From: a virus
Lineage: Duplodnaviria > Caudoviricetes
Strand: one strand, 5' to 3'
Length of the DNA: 62,606 nucleotides
Virus record (IMG/VR): IMGVR_UViG_3300021197_001241
Span: 1-62,606 of that record
Shown here: positions 8,604-17,412 of the stretch, in pieces
Numbering within the stretch: position 1 is the stretch's first letter
How the letters are laid out: every line of letters begins with the position of its first letter
Translations under genes and position numbers: made by a program
The notes under the pieces: generated by a model
Told to the model about the DNA's origin: nothing
Databases searched by the model: none
What the model saw: only the letters and a program-made list of their open reading frames with translations

Positions 8604-10178
8604 CTATTTTTCAATAACTGAATAGTTTGTAGTTATTAGTGTTCCAGCGACTGATGCTGCGTTTTGTAGAGATGTTCTAGTGACTTTTACGGGGTCAATT
8701 ACTCCTGTTTCAAACAAATCTTCTATCTCGTTTGTTACAAAATTATAGCCGTAATTGCCATCTTTAGAACTATTTCGTACCATTTCACTAACGATGTCTG
8801 GAGACAGACCTGCATTCTTAGACATCTGACGCAATGGTCCTTCAATAGCTTGTTTAATAATCTGAACACCAACAGCCTGATCTGGATTATCTACTTCCAC
8901 ATCCAAACTATTTGTTGCCCTCATTAATGCCACGCCGCCTCCGGGTACAATCCCTTCCATCTGTGCTGACCGTACAGCCTCAAGTGCATCTTCAATCCTG
9001 TGTTTCTTTTCTGTCATTTCAATCTCTGTCAGTCCTCCGACACGGATAATTGCAATGCCGCTTGCGAGTCTGGCAATCCTATCTTGAATCTTTTCACATT
9101 CATTTAAATTGTTTTCTTCCCGCAAGTCGTCTTTTAGGTCTGCGATAGTTCTATCAATTTGATCTTGGTCACCTCGACCGCCGACGATTGTTGTTTGTGT
9201 TCTGGTAATATCAATTCGAGAAGCATTTCCAAAATCAATAAGTTTAACATCTTGCAGTTTCTTTCCTGCCGAGCGACTAACAAAAGTTGCGCCAATCGAT
9301 ACTGCCAAATCTTTAAGAATGTTTTGTCGCTCTTCTCCATATCGAGGTGCTTTAATGGCTGCGACTTTCAGAGTTCCTTTTAGCGCGTTCATAATCATTG
9401 CTGCCAATGCCTGACCTTCAACCTCGGTCGAAACAAAGATCAAGGGTCGTGCTTCTCGTGCAGCCAGTTCCAGAGTCTTCATGATATCTTGAACATGCTC
9501 GATTTTTTCATCCGTCACTAGAATTAAAGGATCGTCATATGTTGCAGAGCGTCGTCTCTCGTCGGTGATAAAAGAACTAGAAGCCCAACCAGAGTCCACG
9601 CGAAACCCTTCAACCAAATCCAGAGATGTTTTGTGTGACTTAGCTTCTTCGACAGTGATGGCACCGTCTTTGCCAGCAGCCGAAACAGCTTTTGCAATAA
9701 GGTTCCCGATAGTGTTATCGTTATTCGCAGAAATGCTCGCTACGTGGGCGATGTCGGCTTCGGACTTAATAGGAGATGAAATACTCTCTAGGTTTTCTAC
9801 GATAGCGTCAACAGCCTTCTCGATGCCTCTCTGAATCTCTACTGGCGGAGTTCCAGCCGAAATATGCTTTTGTGCACGATTCAGAATTTCTCTTGCCAAG
9901 ACTGTAGAAGTTGTTGTTCCATCTCCAGCATCTTGATTAGTTTGGGCGGCCGCTTGTTTTACAATTTGGACTGCTGCATTTTCAACGGGATCTTCTAGAT
10001 CCACGAAGTTTGCCACAGTAACGCCGTCCTTTGTAATGATTGGACGCTTGCCCCTCTCTTGAAGGATAACATTTCTTCCTCGTGGACCGAGTGTAGACCC
10101 TACGTTGTCAGCCAAAATATTAACACCGTTCAAAATCTTTTGGTTCATATTGGAACCAGAACTATAATGCTTAGTCAA
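8604..10178 (-). CDS. groL: chaperonin GroEL
   Basis: TLGPRGRNV, ITKDGVTVA, AGDGTTT, KAPRYGE, GIVPGGG, VIDPVKV motifs; no GGM tail. Confidence 0.97.
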   Translation of the reverse strand: MTKHYSSGSNMNQKILNGVNILADNVGSTLGPRGRNVILQERGKRPIITKDGVTVANFVDLEDPVENAAVQIVKQAAAQTNQDAGDGTTTSTVLAREILNRAQKHISAGTPPVEIQRGIEKAVDAIVENLESISSPIKSEADIAHVASISANNDNTIGNLIAKAVSAAGKDGAITVEEAKSHKTSLDLVEGFRVDSGWASSSFITDERRRSATYDDPLILVTDEKIEHVQDIMKTLELAAREARPLIFVSTEVEGQALAAMIMNALKGTLKVAAIKAPRYGEERQNILKDLAVSIGATFVSRSAGKKLQDVKLIDFGNASRIDITRTQTTIVGGRGDQDQIDRTIADLKDDLREENNLNECEKIQDRIARLASGIAIIRVGGLTEIEMTEKKHRIEDALEAVRSAQMEGIVPGGGVALMRATNSLDVEVDNPDQAVGVQIIKQAIEGPLRQMSKNAGLSPDIVSEMVRNSSKDGNYGYNFVTNEIEDLFETGVIDPVKVTRTSLQNAASVAGTLITTNYSVIEK

Positions 10179-10208
10179 ATAACACCTCTTAACGTTTAAC
10201 TATTATAT

Positions 10209-10237
10209 ATTATAACCACTTTTTATATGAATGTCAA
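10209..10237 (-). promoter_or_regulatory. sigma70-type promoter for groL
   Basis: TTGACA-17 bp-TATAAT. Confidence 0.85.
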
Positions 10238-10240
10238 GGA

Positions 10241-11092
10241 TTATTTTTTAATTGGGGGATAAATTTTTTCAATAATGTTTTCTATATCGGTGCTAGAAGA
10301 GTTGTTGAACACGCCTCTTAGGGCAACAGTATAAGAATTATTTCTGACACCTGTATTTTTATTTGTGCTGTGATACTTAATTCTAAAAACGACGTATGCT
10401 TTTACCAATTTGGAAGTCAGGCTCGGGACCGAACTTATTCCTTCGTCGAGGGAGAAAACATCTTTACCACAGATCATATATTTATCCCCCTTGTAACTGT
10501 AGTAATCTTGGATAAGATTTTTTGAGACCTCCATCTGGATAATATCTCCGCTTGTGCTTTTTGTTCTTTCTCTTCCTTGGTACGCTTCCCAAAATTCGAG
10601 AGCATCTTCGTGATTTAGCTTAGGTCCGGCTGGGAAGAAGCCGCCGATTTCACTCTTGTTGATGACTTCAGAATCCAAGGTTGACTTAATTTCACCGAAT
10701 ATCTTTTTCACAACAGGATTATTTTTACCTGTTGCCTGTTGCCAACTGTTCCCATCATGGCTAATTCTAAATTGTCCGAAGTCAACCCTTGTTCCCGAAC
10801 TTGTTTTCACTTCGTAGGAGTCCAAGATGCTGCCATTTTCATCGTCAACCACTATCACATCCTTTGCATTAGAAGAACCACCTTGAGCTATCGCAGTTAA
10901 GGGCATCTCAAGAGAGTTAAAATACGAATTCATATAGGCAGCAATTGCTTTTTCGTGTTTGGTTCCTTTCTGCGCCATCCCCTCCTCATCCAACAATGTC
11001 TCGACTAGAGAAATTAAACCTTGTGCTGAAATTGGAGTTTCGGTTCTTCTGGAAGCATATGCGGCTTCGATTAAAGTATTGAATTCTTTCAT
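10241..11092 (-). CDS. PD-(D/E)XK nuclease-like protein with N-terminal leader
   Basis: HE...KDVIV...YEVKT catalytic pattern; leader MKEFNTLIE; late motif 5 nt before ATG. Confidence 0.6.
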   Translation of the reverse strand: MKEFNTLIEAAYASRRTETPISAQGLISLVETLLDEEGMAQKGTKHEKAIAAYMNSYFNSLEMPLTAIAQGGSSNAKDVIVVDDENGSILDSYEVKTSSGTRVDFGQFRISHDGNSWQQATGKNNPVVKKIFGEIKSTLDSEVINKSEIGGFFPAGPKLNHEDALEFWEAYQGRERTKSTSGDIIQMEVSKNLIQDYYSYKGDKYMICGKDVFSLDEGISSVPSLTSKLVKAYVVFRIKYHSTNKNTGVRNNSYTVALRGVFNNSSSTDIENIIEKIYPPIKK

Positions 11093-11097
11093 GATAT

Positions 11098-11105
11098 TAA
11101 TTAGT
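11098..11105 (-). promoter_or_regulatory. putative late-promoter motif ACTAATTA
   Basis: 5 nt before the ATG at 11092; overlaps the upstream stop. Confidence 0.45.
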
Positions 11106-11736
11106 CCTCAAGATCTTTTTCTTCTAGTAGAGTATAGCTAAAACTATTTCCGTAAAGTGTGGCAGACTTTTTGACTGCCGACATGAACAACTTAAAATCT
11201 GTGCCGTTTTTAAAAACTTGGCACCCGGCGGAGTAAGACCCAACATAATCTGCTGTCCCGGTCTTGGAGCGATGTATATTTATTCCGAACCAGCCTTCGT
11301 CTACTGTCTCTGGGTCATGGTCCAGAATTTTATCTCTGTTTCCATCACGCCACACTTTCAATACGTTGCCTCGTTGACACAGGGCTTCGTGAGCAAACTT
11401 AGAGTTGTGTCTGGCGTGAATATCCACCTTATAAACTCCGCGATATTGATTGGGGATCAATATTGCAGTTCCCTTTTTATTCATAGGGTGAACCAAATAT
11501 TTCTCGCCGGGGTCTGTAGTAATGACAGAAGATTGAACTTCCCACTCCTTTTTCTTATTTTTATAAATAAGAAGCATTGTATCATCAAATTTGTTAGACC
11601 TTTGCTCTTTGGACCTTATACCAACAATATTGACATTAAAAATGCCCCCTTCAAAGAAAACATATCCCTTGTTCTCCATCGCCGATTTGATCTGTTCGGC
11701 TATTAATTTTGCGTGTAACCCTTTGATAATAGACAT
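11101..11736 (-). CDS. YkuD/L,D-transpeptidase-like cysteine protein, candidate peptidoglycan hydrolase
   Basis: GINIH...SAGCQV His/Cys motif; NIVGIR, KFDD, TTDPG. Confidence 0.65.
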   Translation of the reverse strand: MSIIKGLHAKLIAEQIKSAMENKGYVFFEGGIFNVNIVGIRSKEQRSNKFDDTMLLIYKNKKKEWEVQSSVITTDPGEKYLVHPMNKKGTAILIPNQYRGVYKVDIHARHNSKFAHEALCQRGNVLKVWRDGNRDKILDHDPETVDEGWFGINIHRSKTGTADYVGSYSAGCQVFKNGTDFKLFMSAVKKSATLYGNSFSYTLLEEKDLED

Positions 11737-11750
11737 TTATATTATTTCCT

Positions 11751-12332
11751 TTAAACAACAATATCCGCGATGCCATATTCGACAGCTTGCTCGGCGGAGA
11801 GATATACATTCACATTCTTAGAGAACATCATCTTTAACTTTGCTCTAGTTAATTTTGTCTCCTTGCAGATTGCATCAATATATATATCTTGAATCTCTTG
11901 AATCTCTTTCATTTCATTTTGCAGGTCATTGATAGCCCCTGAACTACCCGCTATGATTGAATGTATCATAACTCTACAATTTTGACCGATCCTTCTTCGA
12001 CCTTTGGTTCCCGCTGCAAGAAGAAGGACAGCGGCAGACATCACCTTACCAATACCATATGTAGAGATAGGCGTTCTTTCTCGCGTGACTCTCATAAAAT
12101 CATATATGGCAAACATATCTGAAGCTACGCCACCGGGAGAATTAATAAAAAATTCAATCTCTTCCGATGATTCAATTTGATATAATTTCAGTGCATAGAT
12201 GACCTCTTCAGATTGTTTCTCGTCTATATCTTGAAAAATACCTAGAACTCTCGGTGGAGAGGGTAAAGCGTCTTCCAATTCTTTTTCACTAGCCAACCCT
12301 GAATCATCTACCAGCTCTTTATCATCCGACAT
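11751..12332 (-). CDS. clpP: ClpP protease proteolytic subunit
   Basis: FINSPGG, catalytic Ser in VMSAA, His in VMIHS, AVEYGIAD. Confidence 0.92.
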   Translation of the reverse strand: MSDDKELVDDSGLASEKELEDALPSPPRVLGIFQDIDEKQSEEVIYALKLYQIESSEEIEFFINSPGGVASDMFAIYDFMRVTRERTPISTYGIGKVMSAAVLLLAAGTKGRRRIGQNCRVMIHSIIAGSSGAINDLQNEMKEIQEIQDIYIDAICKETKLTRAKLKMMFSKNVNVYLSAEQAVEYGIADIVV

Positions 12333-12657
12333 TTATTTTTCTCCCTCTTGTTTTTTGTTGGTATTCCAGCCCCAACTTATAAGGCTTTTTGCGCCCTGTC
12401 TTTTCAGTCTCTTCTGTCAGTAAAAATGGAAACTTCCTAGCCCAAGATTTCCATTCACCTTCTGTATTAAAAAATCTTCTAAATAAATAACATTCTGTTT
12501 TAGATTTGGGGTCATACCCAGAGCCTGTACATTGCCAGCCATCTAAAGATTTCAATAATTTATTTTTTTCTCTGACTCCGCCAACTCCATCTATTTGCAG
12601 GATGTAAACATCCCCTTCTGTATCAAATTTAGTATTTTTCCAAGCTACACCGATCAT
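12322..12657 (-). CDS. hypothetical protein
   Basis: AGGAGG SD before MIGVAWK at 12657. Confidence 0.7.
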   Translation of the reverse strand: MIGVAWKNTKFDTEGDVYILQIDGVGGVREKNKLLKSLDGWQCTGSGYDPKSKTECYLFRRFFNTEGEWKSWARKFPFLLTEETEKTGRKKPYKLGLEYQQKTRGRKINVG

Positions 12658-12680
12658 GAGATAACCTCCTATGTTTTTAA

Positions 12681-12708
12681 ATATACCACTTTTTAAAAAA
12701 AAAGTCAA
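12681..12708 (-). promoter_or_regulatory. sigma70-type promoter
   Basis: TTGACT-16 bp-TATATT with extended -10 TG; poly-T run in the spacer. Confidence 0.55.
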
Positions 12709-13079
12709 TCATTTTTTTTAAAAATATTCAAAAAAGTCATCGCCCCTTTCCAACTTTTGTATTTAACAGACTGACGGAAGCGTGGAGGGATCGCTAATAA
12801 GAATTTATTAATTGCAGTTTTTTGCCAATTCAAAATATTCTGTTCATCTACATTTTTTACAATTCTTATCTCCTTCTCATCAACACCTAATTTGTGCATC
12901 ATCATTTGTTTCTTTTGTTTTAAATAACTGTAATCTTCGTAAGTCATAATAAGAAGATGTAAACAACTTAGTTCTATTTCTTTAAATGCAGCTTGTTCCC
13001 ACTTAGTGACAAAATACTTATTGTATATCCCTCGCAGGATAAAACCAAAAAATACTCCTATCATTAAATTAGCTATCAT
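12705..13079 (-). CDS. hypothetical protein with N-terminal TM helix
   Basis: MIANLMIGVFFGFILRGIY hydrophobic N-terminus. Confidence 0.65.
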   Translation of the reverse strand: MIANLMIGVFFGFILRGIYNKYFVTKWEQAAFKEIELSCLHLLIMTYEDYSYLKQKKQMMMHKLGVDEKEIRIVKNVDEQNILNWQKTAINKFLLAIPPRFRQSVKYKSWKGAMTFLNIFKKND

Positions 13080-13099
13080 TTCATTTCCTAGACGTAAGA

Positions 13100-13131
13100 G
13101 AACCGCAAACAAATGAATTCATTTGCGGTTC
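13100..13131 (-). terminator. stem-loop after the scaffold-like gene
   Basis: GAACCGCAAA...TTTGCGGTTC inverted repeat; weak U tail (TCTT). Confidence 0.5.
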
Positions 13132-13158
13132 ACCTATTTTATTTTTGGAGAAATAGAC

Positions 13159-13851
13159 TTACTTTTTTTGTGACATGGCACCTAAGCGAGTCTTGACTCT
13201 GCGAAGAACTTCTTGCACTAATTCTTCTTCCATTCTCTTGTGAGACTTTGCGTGACGATCTCTTTGGCTTTTGCGAGTCTCCTTGCGGCGGTCGCGATCG
13301 TTGCGGGCTTTATCTGCCTCTGCTCTTTCAGCGGGAGTAGACTCTGCTTCTTCGAGAGTGTCTTCTTCGGATTCTTCCAAAGCTTCATCCTCTTCAGCCA
13401 AGACATCAGCTAAAATTTCCTCAAGAGTTTCCTCTTCAAGATCTTCTAGTGGTTCTTCATCCATGTCTATATCCATGTCCATGTCGTCGCCACCATCTTC
13501 TCTGGCAGCGCGAAGTTTATCGGCTAAAGCAATAATTGCATCTGCTTCTTCGTCCGTCAATACAGCTTCGTCAGCTTCGTCAGCTAAGGCTGCATCGTCA
13601 GGCATATCCATATCCATGGCCATGTCTTCTTCGCCTTCTTCTTCAGCGTCAGGCATCGCCATGTCCATTTCCATTTCTTCTTCTTCTTCTTCTTCTTCTT
13701 CTTCTTCCTGCATCATTTCTTCATCATCATCTCTTAGATATGCTTTATCCATTTCTGTGAGGTTGGTGACGAAATTACTAGATACGGAAGCATCCAAGTT
13801 AGCTAATTTCATAAAACGACGTACTTCGTTTAAAAGATTCTTTTTGCTCAT
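13159..13851 (-). CDS. highly acidic head scaffold/internal protein-like
   Basis: very D/E/M-rich, many L-x-E sites (LNE, LTE, LEE); amphipathic ends LLNEVRRFMKLA and LVQEVLRRVKTRL; AGGAG SD and late motif. Confidence 0.6.
   Translation of the reverse strand: MSKKNLLNEVRRFMKLANLDASVSSNFVTNLTEMDKAYLRDDDEEMMQEEEEEEEEEEEMEMDMAMPDAEEEGEEDMAMDMDMPDDAALADEADEAVLTDEEADAIIALADKLRAAREDGGDDMDMDIDMDEEPLEDLEEETLEEILADVLAEEDEALEESEEDTLEEAESTPAERAEADKARNDRDRRKETRKSQRDRHAKSHKRMEEELVQEVLRRVKTRLGAMSQKK
13675..13707 (-). repeat. (GAA)11 microsatellite encoding poly-Glu
   Basis: 11 uninterrupted TTC units on the plus strand. Confidence 0.9.
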
Positions 13852-13902
13852 CTTAATTTCTCCTAATAATACTTTAGCAAAAAAGCGGTATAATATCAGT
13901 AA

Positions 13903-13910
13903 TAAATAGT
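13903..13910 (-). promoter_or_regulatory. putative late-promoter motif ACTATTTA
   Basis: intergenic copy of the recurring motif. Confidence 0.55.
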
Positions 13911-13935
13911 CTGTAGTTTTTTAAAAAACCAAAGT

Positions 13936-14262
13936 TTATAAATCTGGATGTTGTTTTTCTAGGATATCAAAAATATCTTGAATATCTCCATCATCTAAAC
14001 CAAATTTATTTTTTGTTTCTTGTTCGACTTTTTCTATATTTTTTAGTTTTTTAGTTTTGTTTTTACTTTGAGATTTTGAACTCTCCTTATAATTATCCAG
14101 AAAAGAAATAATATCATTATCTCTTTCTAAATATCCTGTAAGCAACGCACGGAAGAACTTTGTTTTCGTTAATCCATCATGTTTCAACCTAACAATAAGT
14201 TCGGCTGCCCTTTTATCTGTATCCATAAAAGAAATTCTTTTTTCATTTTTTCCGTATTCCAT
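13936..14262 (-). CDS. hypothetical protein, possible ribbon-helix-helix DNA-binding protein
   Basis: KRISF strand followed by two helices (AAELIVRLKHDGLTKTKFFRALL). Confidence 0.6.
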   Translation of the reverse strand: MEYGKNEKRISFMDTDKRAAELIVRLKHDGLTKTKFFRALLTGYLERDNDIISFLDNYKESSKSQSKNKTKKLKNIEKVEQETKNKFGLDDGDIQDIFDILEKQHPDL

Positions 14263-14270
14263 ATCATTAA

Positions 14271-15293
14271 CTATTTTCGAGAAAGAATATGTGTCTTACT
14301 TTCTGATTGCCCGGACGAAGTTTGTGTTATAAACTCTGCTTTTGTCTGTAGTTCCAAGATAGTTCTGGCTCCAGAATATGAAAGACCGCTTCTGATTCCA
14401 TTGTCCAGATCTCTTAAGATATCTTTGACAGAACCTTTTGTTAGAACTGTTGTCGAGATACCCTCATTTGAACTGTGTTTGCCTCTCCAATTGTGTTGAG
14501 CCTCCTTACTTGCCATGCCTCTATATATTTTTCTTTTCGTACCATCAGAAGAATGAATGACCTCGCCCGGTGTTTCGTTGGTGCCAGACAATAAAGATCC
14601 AACCATCACAAAATCAGCTCCTGCTGCGAGAGCCTTGACCATATCTCCGCTATTTTTTATGCCTCCGTCTGCGATAATCTTGACATCCCTTTTGATGTCT
14701 GCTGAAAAACATTCAAAGATAGTTTGGAGACCGGGCATTCCGTGACCCGTCTGGATGCGAGTAGAGCAAATAGACCCTGAACCAATATTACATCGAATAG
14801 AGTCTGCGCCCCAATTAGCAAGATCTTCGAACCCTTTCTTTGTTGCTACGTTGCCCGCCATAATGTGGATGTCGCTGTATAGGGATTTTAAATTCTCGAT
14901 TGCTTTCGACATCAAGATGTGGTGACCATGTGCTACGTCTAAGCACAAAATCCTCACACCCGAAGCATATAATGCCTGTGCTCTCTCTAAATAATCTCCC
15001 GTGATACCGATAGCGGCCGCTTTGCGGTCATAGTTCTTTACCTCACAAGAGTGTTGAACCTGCATTTCTATAGAGTTGTACCTATGTATAATACCTAGCC
15101 CGCCGAGGTCTGCCATAGCATTTGCCATAGAGCTTTCAGTAACTGTGTCCATTGGGGATGATATAATTGGGAGCTGTAGCTCTCTCCAAAAATCCAAACC
15201 AGAAGTTAAATCAACTTCTTTTCTGGAAACAATGTCTGAATATTGAGGAACAAGTAGGACATCATCATAAGAAAGGGAAGCGGGGAAGCTCAT
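14271..15293 (-). CDS. guaB: IMP dehydrogenase / GMP reductase family protein without CBS domains
   Basis: [31 protein letters not shown] catalytic Cys, IIADGG, YRGMAS; IMPDH versus GMPR not resolved. Confidence 0.85.
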   Translation of the reverse strand: MSFPASLSYDDVLLVPQYSDIVSRKEVDLTSGLDFWRELQLPIISSPMDTVTESSMANAMADLGGLGIIHRYNSIEMQVQHSCEVKNYDRKAAAIGITGDYLERAQALYASGVRILCLDVAHGHHILMSKAIENLKSLYSDIHIMAGNVATKKGFEDLANWGADSIRCNIGSGSICSTRIQTGHGMPGLQTIFECFSADIKRDVKIIADGGIKNSGDMVKALAAGADFVMVGSLLSGTNETPGEVIHSSDGTKRKIYRGMASKEAQHNWRGKHSSNEGISTTVLTKGSVKDILRDLDNGIRSGLSYSGARTILELQTKAEFITQTSSGQSESKTHILSRK

Positions 15294-15796
15294 GTCGGAT
15301 CTCCCAGCTCCCAAAACCCATCGCCGCGTGGCTTCTTGTCTGTAGAGCCCAGTGCTCCGTCTCCACGGTCGCTAATTGTAATTGGGTGCCAATCATAAAG
15401 ATTATCTTTGCTTGTCTCAAGTGCTCGAAAGTGAACTACAGGAACCATTACAACTTGAGCTATCTTCATTCCTCGCTCAATGAATTGTGTCTTGGTTCCA
15501 ACATTGTGAAGATTAACAAACACTTCTCCGTTGTAACCAGAATCAATGACACAAGCACCCACGAGAAGAGATCGCTTTGATGCGTTTCCGCTACGGTTCT
15601 TTACTTCTAGCATATAGCCATGCGGTACACCGAACTTCAAACCTGTGGAGAAAAGTTTGCTTTCTCCCGGCTCCAGATAGGCTCCTGCCAATTCCCCATC
15701 GTCGGGATTGAAGTGTACATCCAGTCCAGCATCGGATGGATTTGCTCGTGTTGGTTTGGTGACATCGCCTCGTGTACAGTAATATTCTAAAATCAT
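15290..15796 (-). CDS. dut: trimeric dUTPase
   Basis: DAGLD, RSG, VIDSGYNGE, IAQ, RGDGALGST motifs. Confidence 0.95.
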   Translation of the reverse strand: MILEYYCTRGDVTKPTRANPSDAGLDVHFNPDDGELAGAYLEPGESKLFSTGLKFGVPHGYMLEVKNRSGNASKRSLLVGACVIDSGYNGEVFVNLHNVGTKTQFIERGMKIAQVVMVPVVHFRALETSKDNLYDWHPITISDRGDGALGSTDKKPRGDGFWELGDPT

Positions 15797-16107
15797 TACG
15801 CTCCCCCTGTAATTTTAGCTAGTGATTCGTAAACTTTTGTGAACTCATCAAAGTCAAAGCCTTTCATCTTCATCATGCGGTATGCCTTTACCGTCATAGA
15901 AATTTCGTCTCCTGTGAGCCATTCAGCCTCTTTGTAATCTGTTTTAAGTTGACGCTTTAATTCTTTGAATGGTTCCATCTGATCTTCAATCTCTGCAAGC
16001 TCTCTGACATACTGAATCATTTTCTCTTCTTTGCTTGAAAGATTTTCATCTCGAACCTCTTGATGAATTTCAACTACGTTTTCAAAAATTTCAAAACTGC
16101 CTGTCAT
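15796..16107 (-). CDS. small dsDNA-binding protein (GapR/DUF2312- or T4 DsbA-like)
   Basis: YVRELAEIEDQMEPFKELKRQLKTDYKE helical pattern. Confidence 0.5.
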   Translation of the reverse strand: MTGSFEIFENVVEIHQEVRDENLSSKEEKMIQYVRELAEIEDQMEPFKELKRQLKTDYKEAEWLTGDEISMTVKAYRMMKMKGFDFDEFTKVYESLAKITGGA

Positions 16108-16140
16108 TTTAATGTAACTCCTCTTGTTGATTACTTATAC

Positions 16141-16169
16141 AATATAGCATTAATGTGAACTGTTGTCAA
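16141..16169 (-). promoter_or_regulatory. sigma70-type promoter
   Basis: TTGACA-17 bp-TATATT with extended -10 TG. Confidence 0.8.
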
Positions 16170-16410
16170 GGTCTTTTTTCCAATTATATGAATGAATTAT
16201 AAAAGAAGCATGACTATGCAAGGGATCTGGATATCCTCCTAATGAATACTTTTTACACATCTTCCATAAAACATTTCTGAAGTATTCTGAATTCCCTGTG
16301 ATTACTTTAAGTGGAAAGTCGTCAAAGTGATCAGTTATAAATTTTTCCAGTGTATCTTCTGCATCCTCATGCGAAACACCATGCAAATCAATGATGTTCT
16401 TTTTTTTCAT
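16150..16410 (-). CDS. stand-alone Smr-domain protein
   Basis: IDLHG...A and VITG motifs. Confidence 0.8.
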   Translation of the reverse strand: MKKKNIIDLHGVSHEDAEDTLEKFITDHFDDFPLKVITGNSEYFRNVLWKMCKKYSLGGYPDPLHSHASFIIHSYNWKKDLDNSSH

Positions 16411-17408
16411 CAGATTGTCTCTGGGCTAGAAGAAAATACAACCTCTATGTCTTTGAAATAATTTCTAATGTAATCACAGAACTGTTCTTTATTCTGGAAT
16501 GTAAATAAATTATTTCTCCCCTGATCGACGTACACAGACCACGAACCCACTGTTTCAAGTATATCCATCTTGTTAAAGATCAAGTTAGTGACCCCGTTCA
16601 TTCGGATAACCTTATCTAAGTTTGGCAGATTCATCCAGTTACATTGACGTTTTCTGCCTGTAGTCGCGCCGTACTCTTGACCAACTTCCTGAATGGCATT
16701 GAACACCTCGTTCTCTGGTTGGAATTCTTTTGTACCGACATAAGTTTCATATGCCTTTGCTACACCAATGACGTGACGGATTGAATTAGGGGGAAACCCA
16801 TTTAGACAAGCACCTGCGCTAGTGCAATGACTACTTGTTACATATGGATAATCTCCCCAATCGATATCAAGCTCGGCTCCTTGAGCACCCTCACATAATA
16901 CTCGCGCATCTGGATTGGCAAGATAAAACTCCTCATACATATCAATCAGGTAGTCTTCCAATATAGGGTAATCCTCTGCACGCTTTCCCTGTCTGGCATA
17001 CTTATCACTGTAGCAAGGACCGTTTCCTGTTCGCGTTGTTCCTAGCTTTGTTTCTTTGGAATCTGCTCGCTGATGAGTTCCTTGGATGATGTGCGCGTTT
17101 TTGGCAATAAAGATTTTGTTGTAAATCTCTATGCCTCCTTCGCGAAGCATCTTAATTTCATCGAAAAACTTATGGATGTCTACGACGCAGCCGGGCCCGA
17201 TGACACTCTTTACACCAAAGAAAACACCAGCTGGGATATGATGTGTAACAAATTTTTCACCATTATGATAGATTGTGTGACCAGCATTGCAACCCCCATT
17301 GTAGCGAACACAATGAGTATATCCTCCATTCTTAAGAAGGTGATGGGTAACTTTTCCCTTACCCTCATCTCCGTGTTGCATCCCAATAATTACGTCTACT
17401 TTTAACAT
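16410..17408 (-). CDS. purA: adenylosuccinate synthetase (short form)
   Basis: GDEGKGK, GGCNAGHT, EGAQG..LDIDWGDYPYVTSS, GATTGRKR, NKMD. Confidence 0.93.
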   Translation of the reverse strand: MLKVDVIIGMQHGDEGKGKVTHHLLKNGGYTHCVRYNGGCNAGHTIYHNGEKFVTHHIPAGVFFGVKSVIGPGCVVDIHKFFDEIKMLREGGIEIYNKIFIAKNAHIIQGTHQRADSKETKLGTTRTGNGPCYSDKYARQGKRAEDYPILEDYLIDMYEEFYLANPDARVLCEGAQGAELDIDWGDYPYVTSSHCTSAGACLNGFPPNSIRHVIGVAKAYETYVGTKEFQPENEVFNAIQEVGQEYGATTGRKRQCNWMNLPNLDKVIRMNGVTNLIFNKMDILETVGSWSVYVDQGRNNLFTFQNKEQFCDYIRNYFKDIEVVFSSSPETI

Positions 17409-17412
17409 TTAT

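Noticed and set aside
11751-12332. ClpP as the prohead maturation protease
   Set aside because: Looks like a cellular-type ClpP, is not beside portal or capsid genes, and is probably transcribed from the sigma70 promoter at 12681-12708; not fully excluded.
12687-12703. Phase-variable promoter from the T9 run in the spacer
   Set aside because: Homopolymer runs of this length are common in this AT-rich sequence; no evidence without read data.
13271-13909. 212-aa Ser-rich plus-strand ORF
   Set aside because: Antisense shadow of the acidic GAA/GAT-rich gene; no SD or promoter.
16410-17408. PurZ (2-aminoadenine, Z-genome) synthetase
   Set aside because: Keeps the PurA catalytic Asp (GDEGKG) and the TTGRKR arginines; PurZ has Ser at that Asp. 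No dATPase gene recognised nearby.
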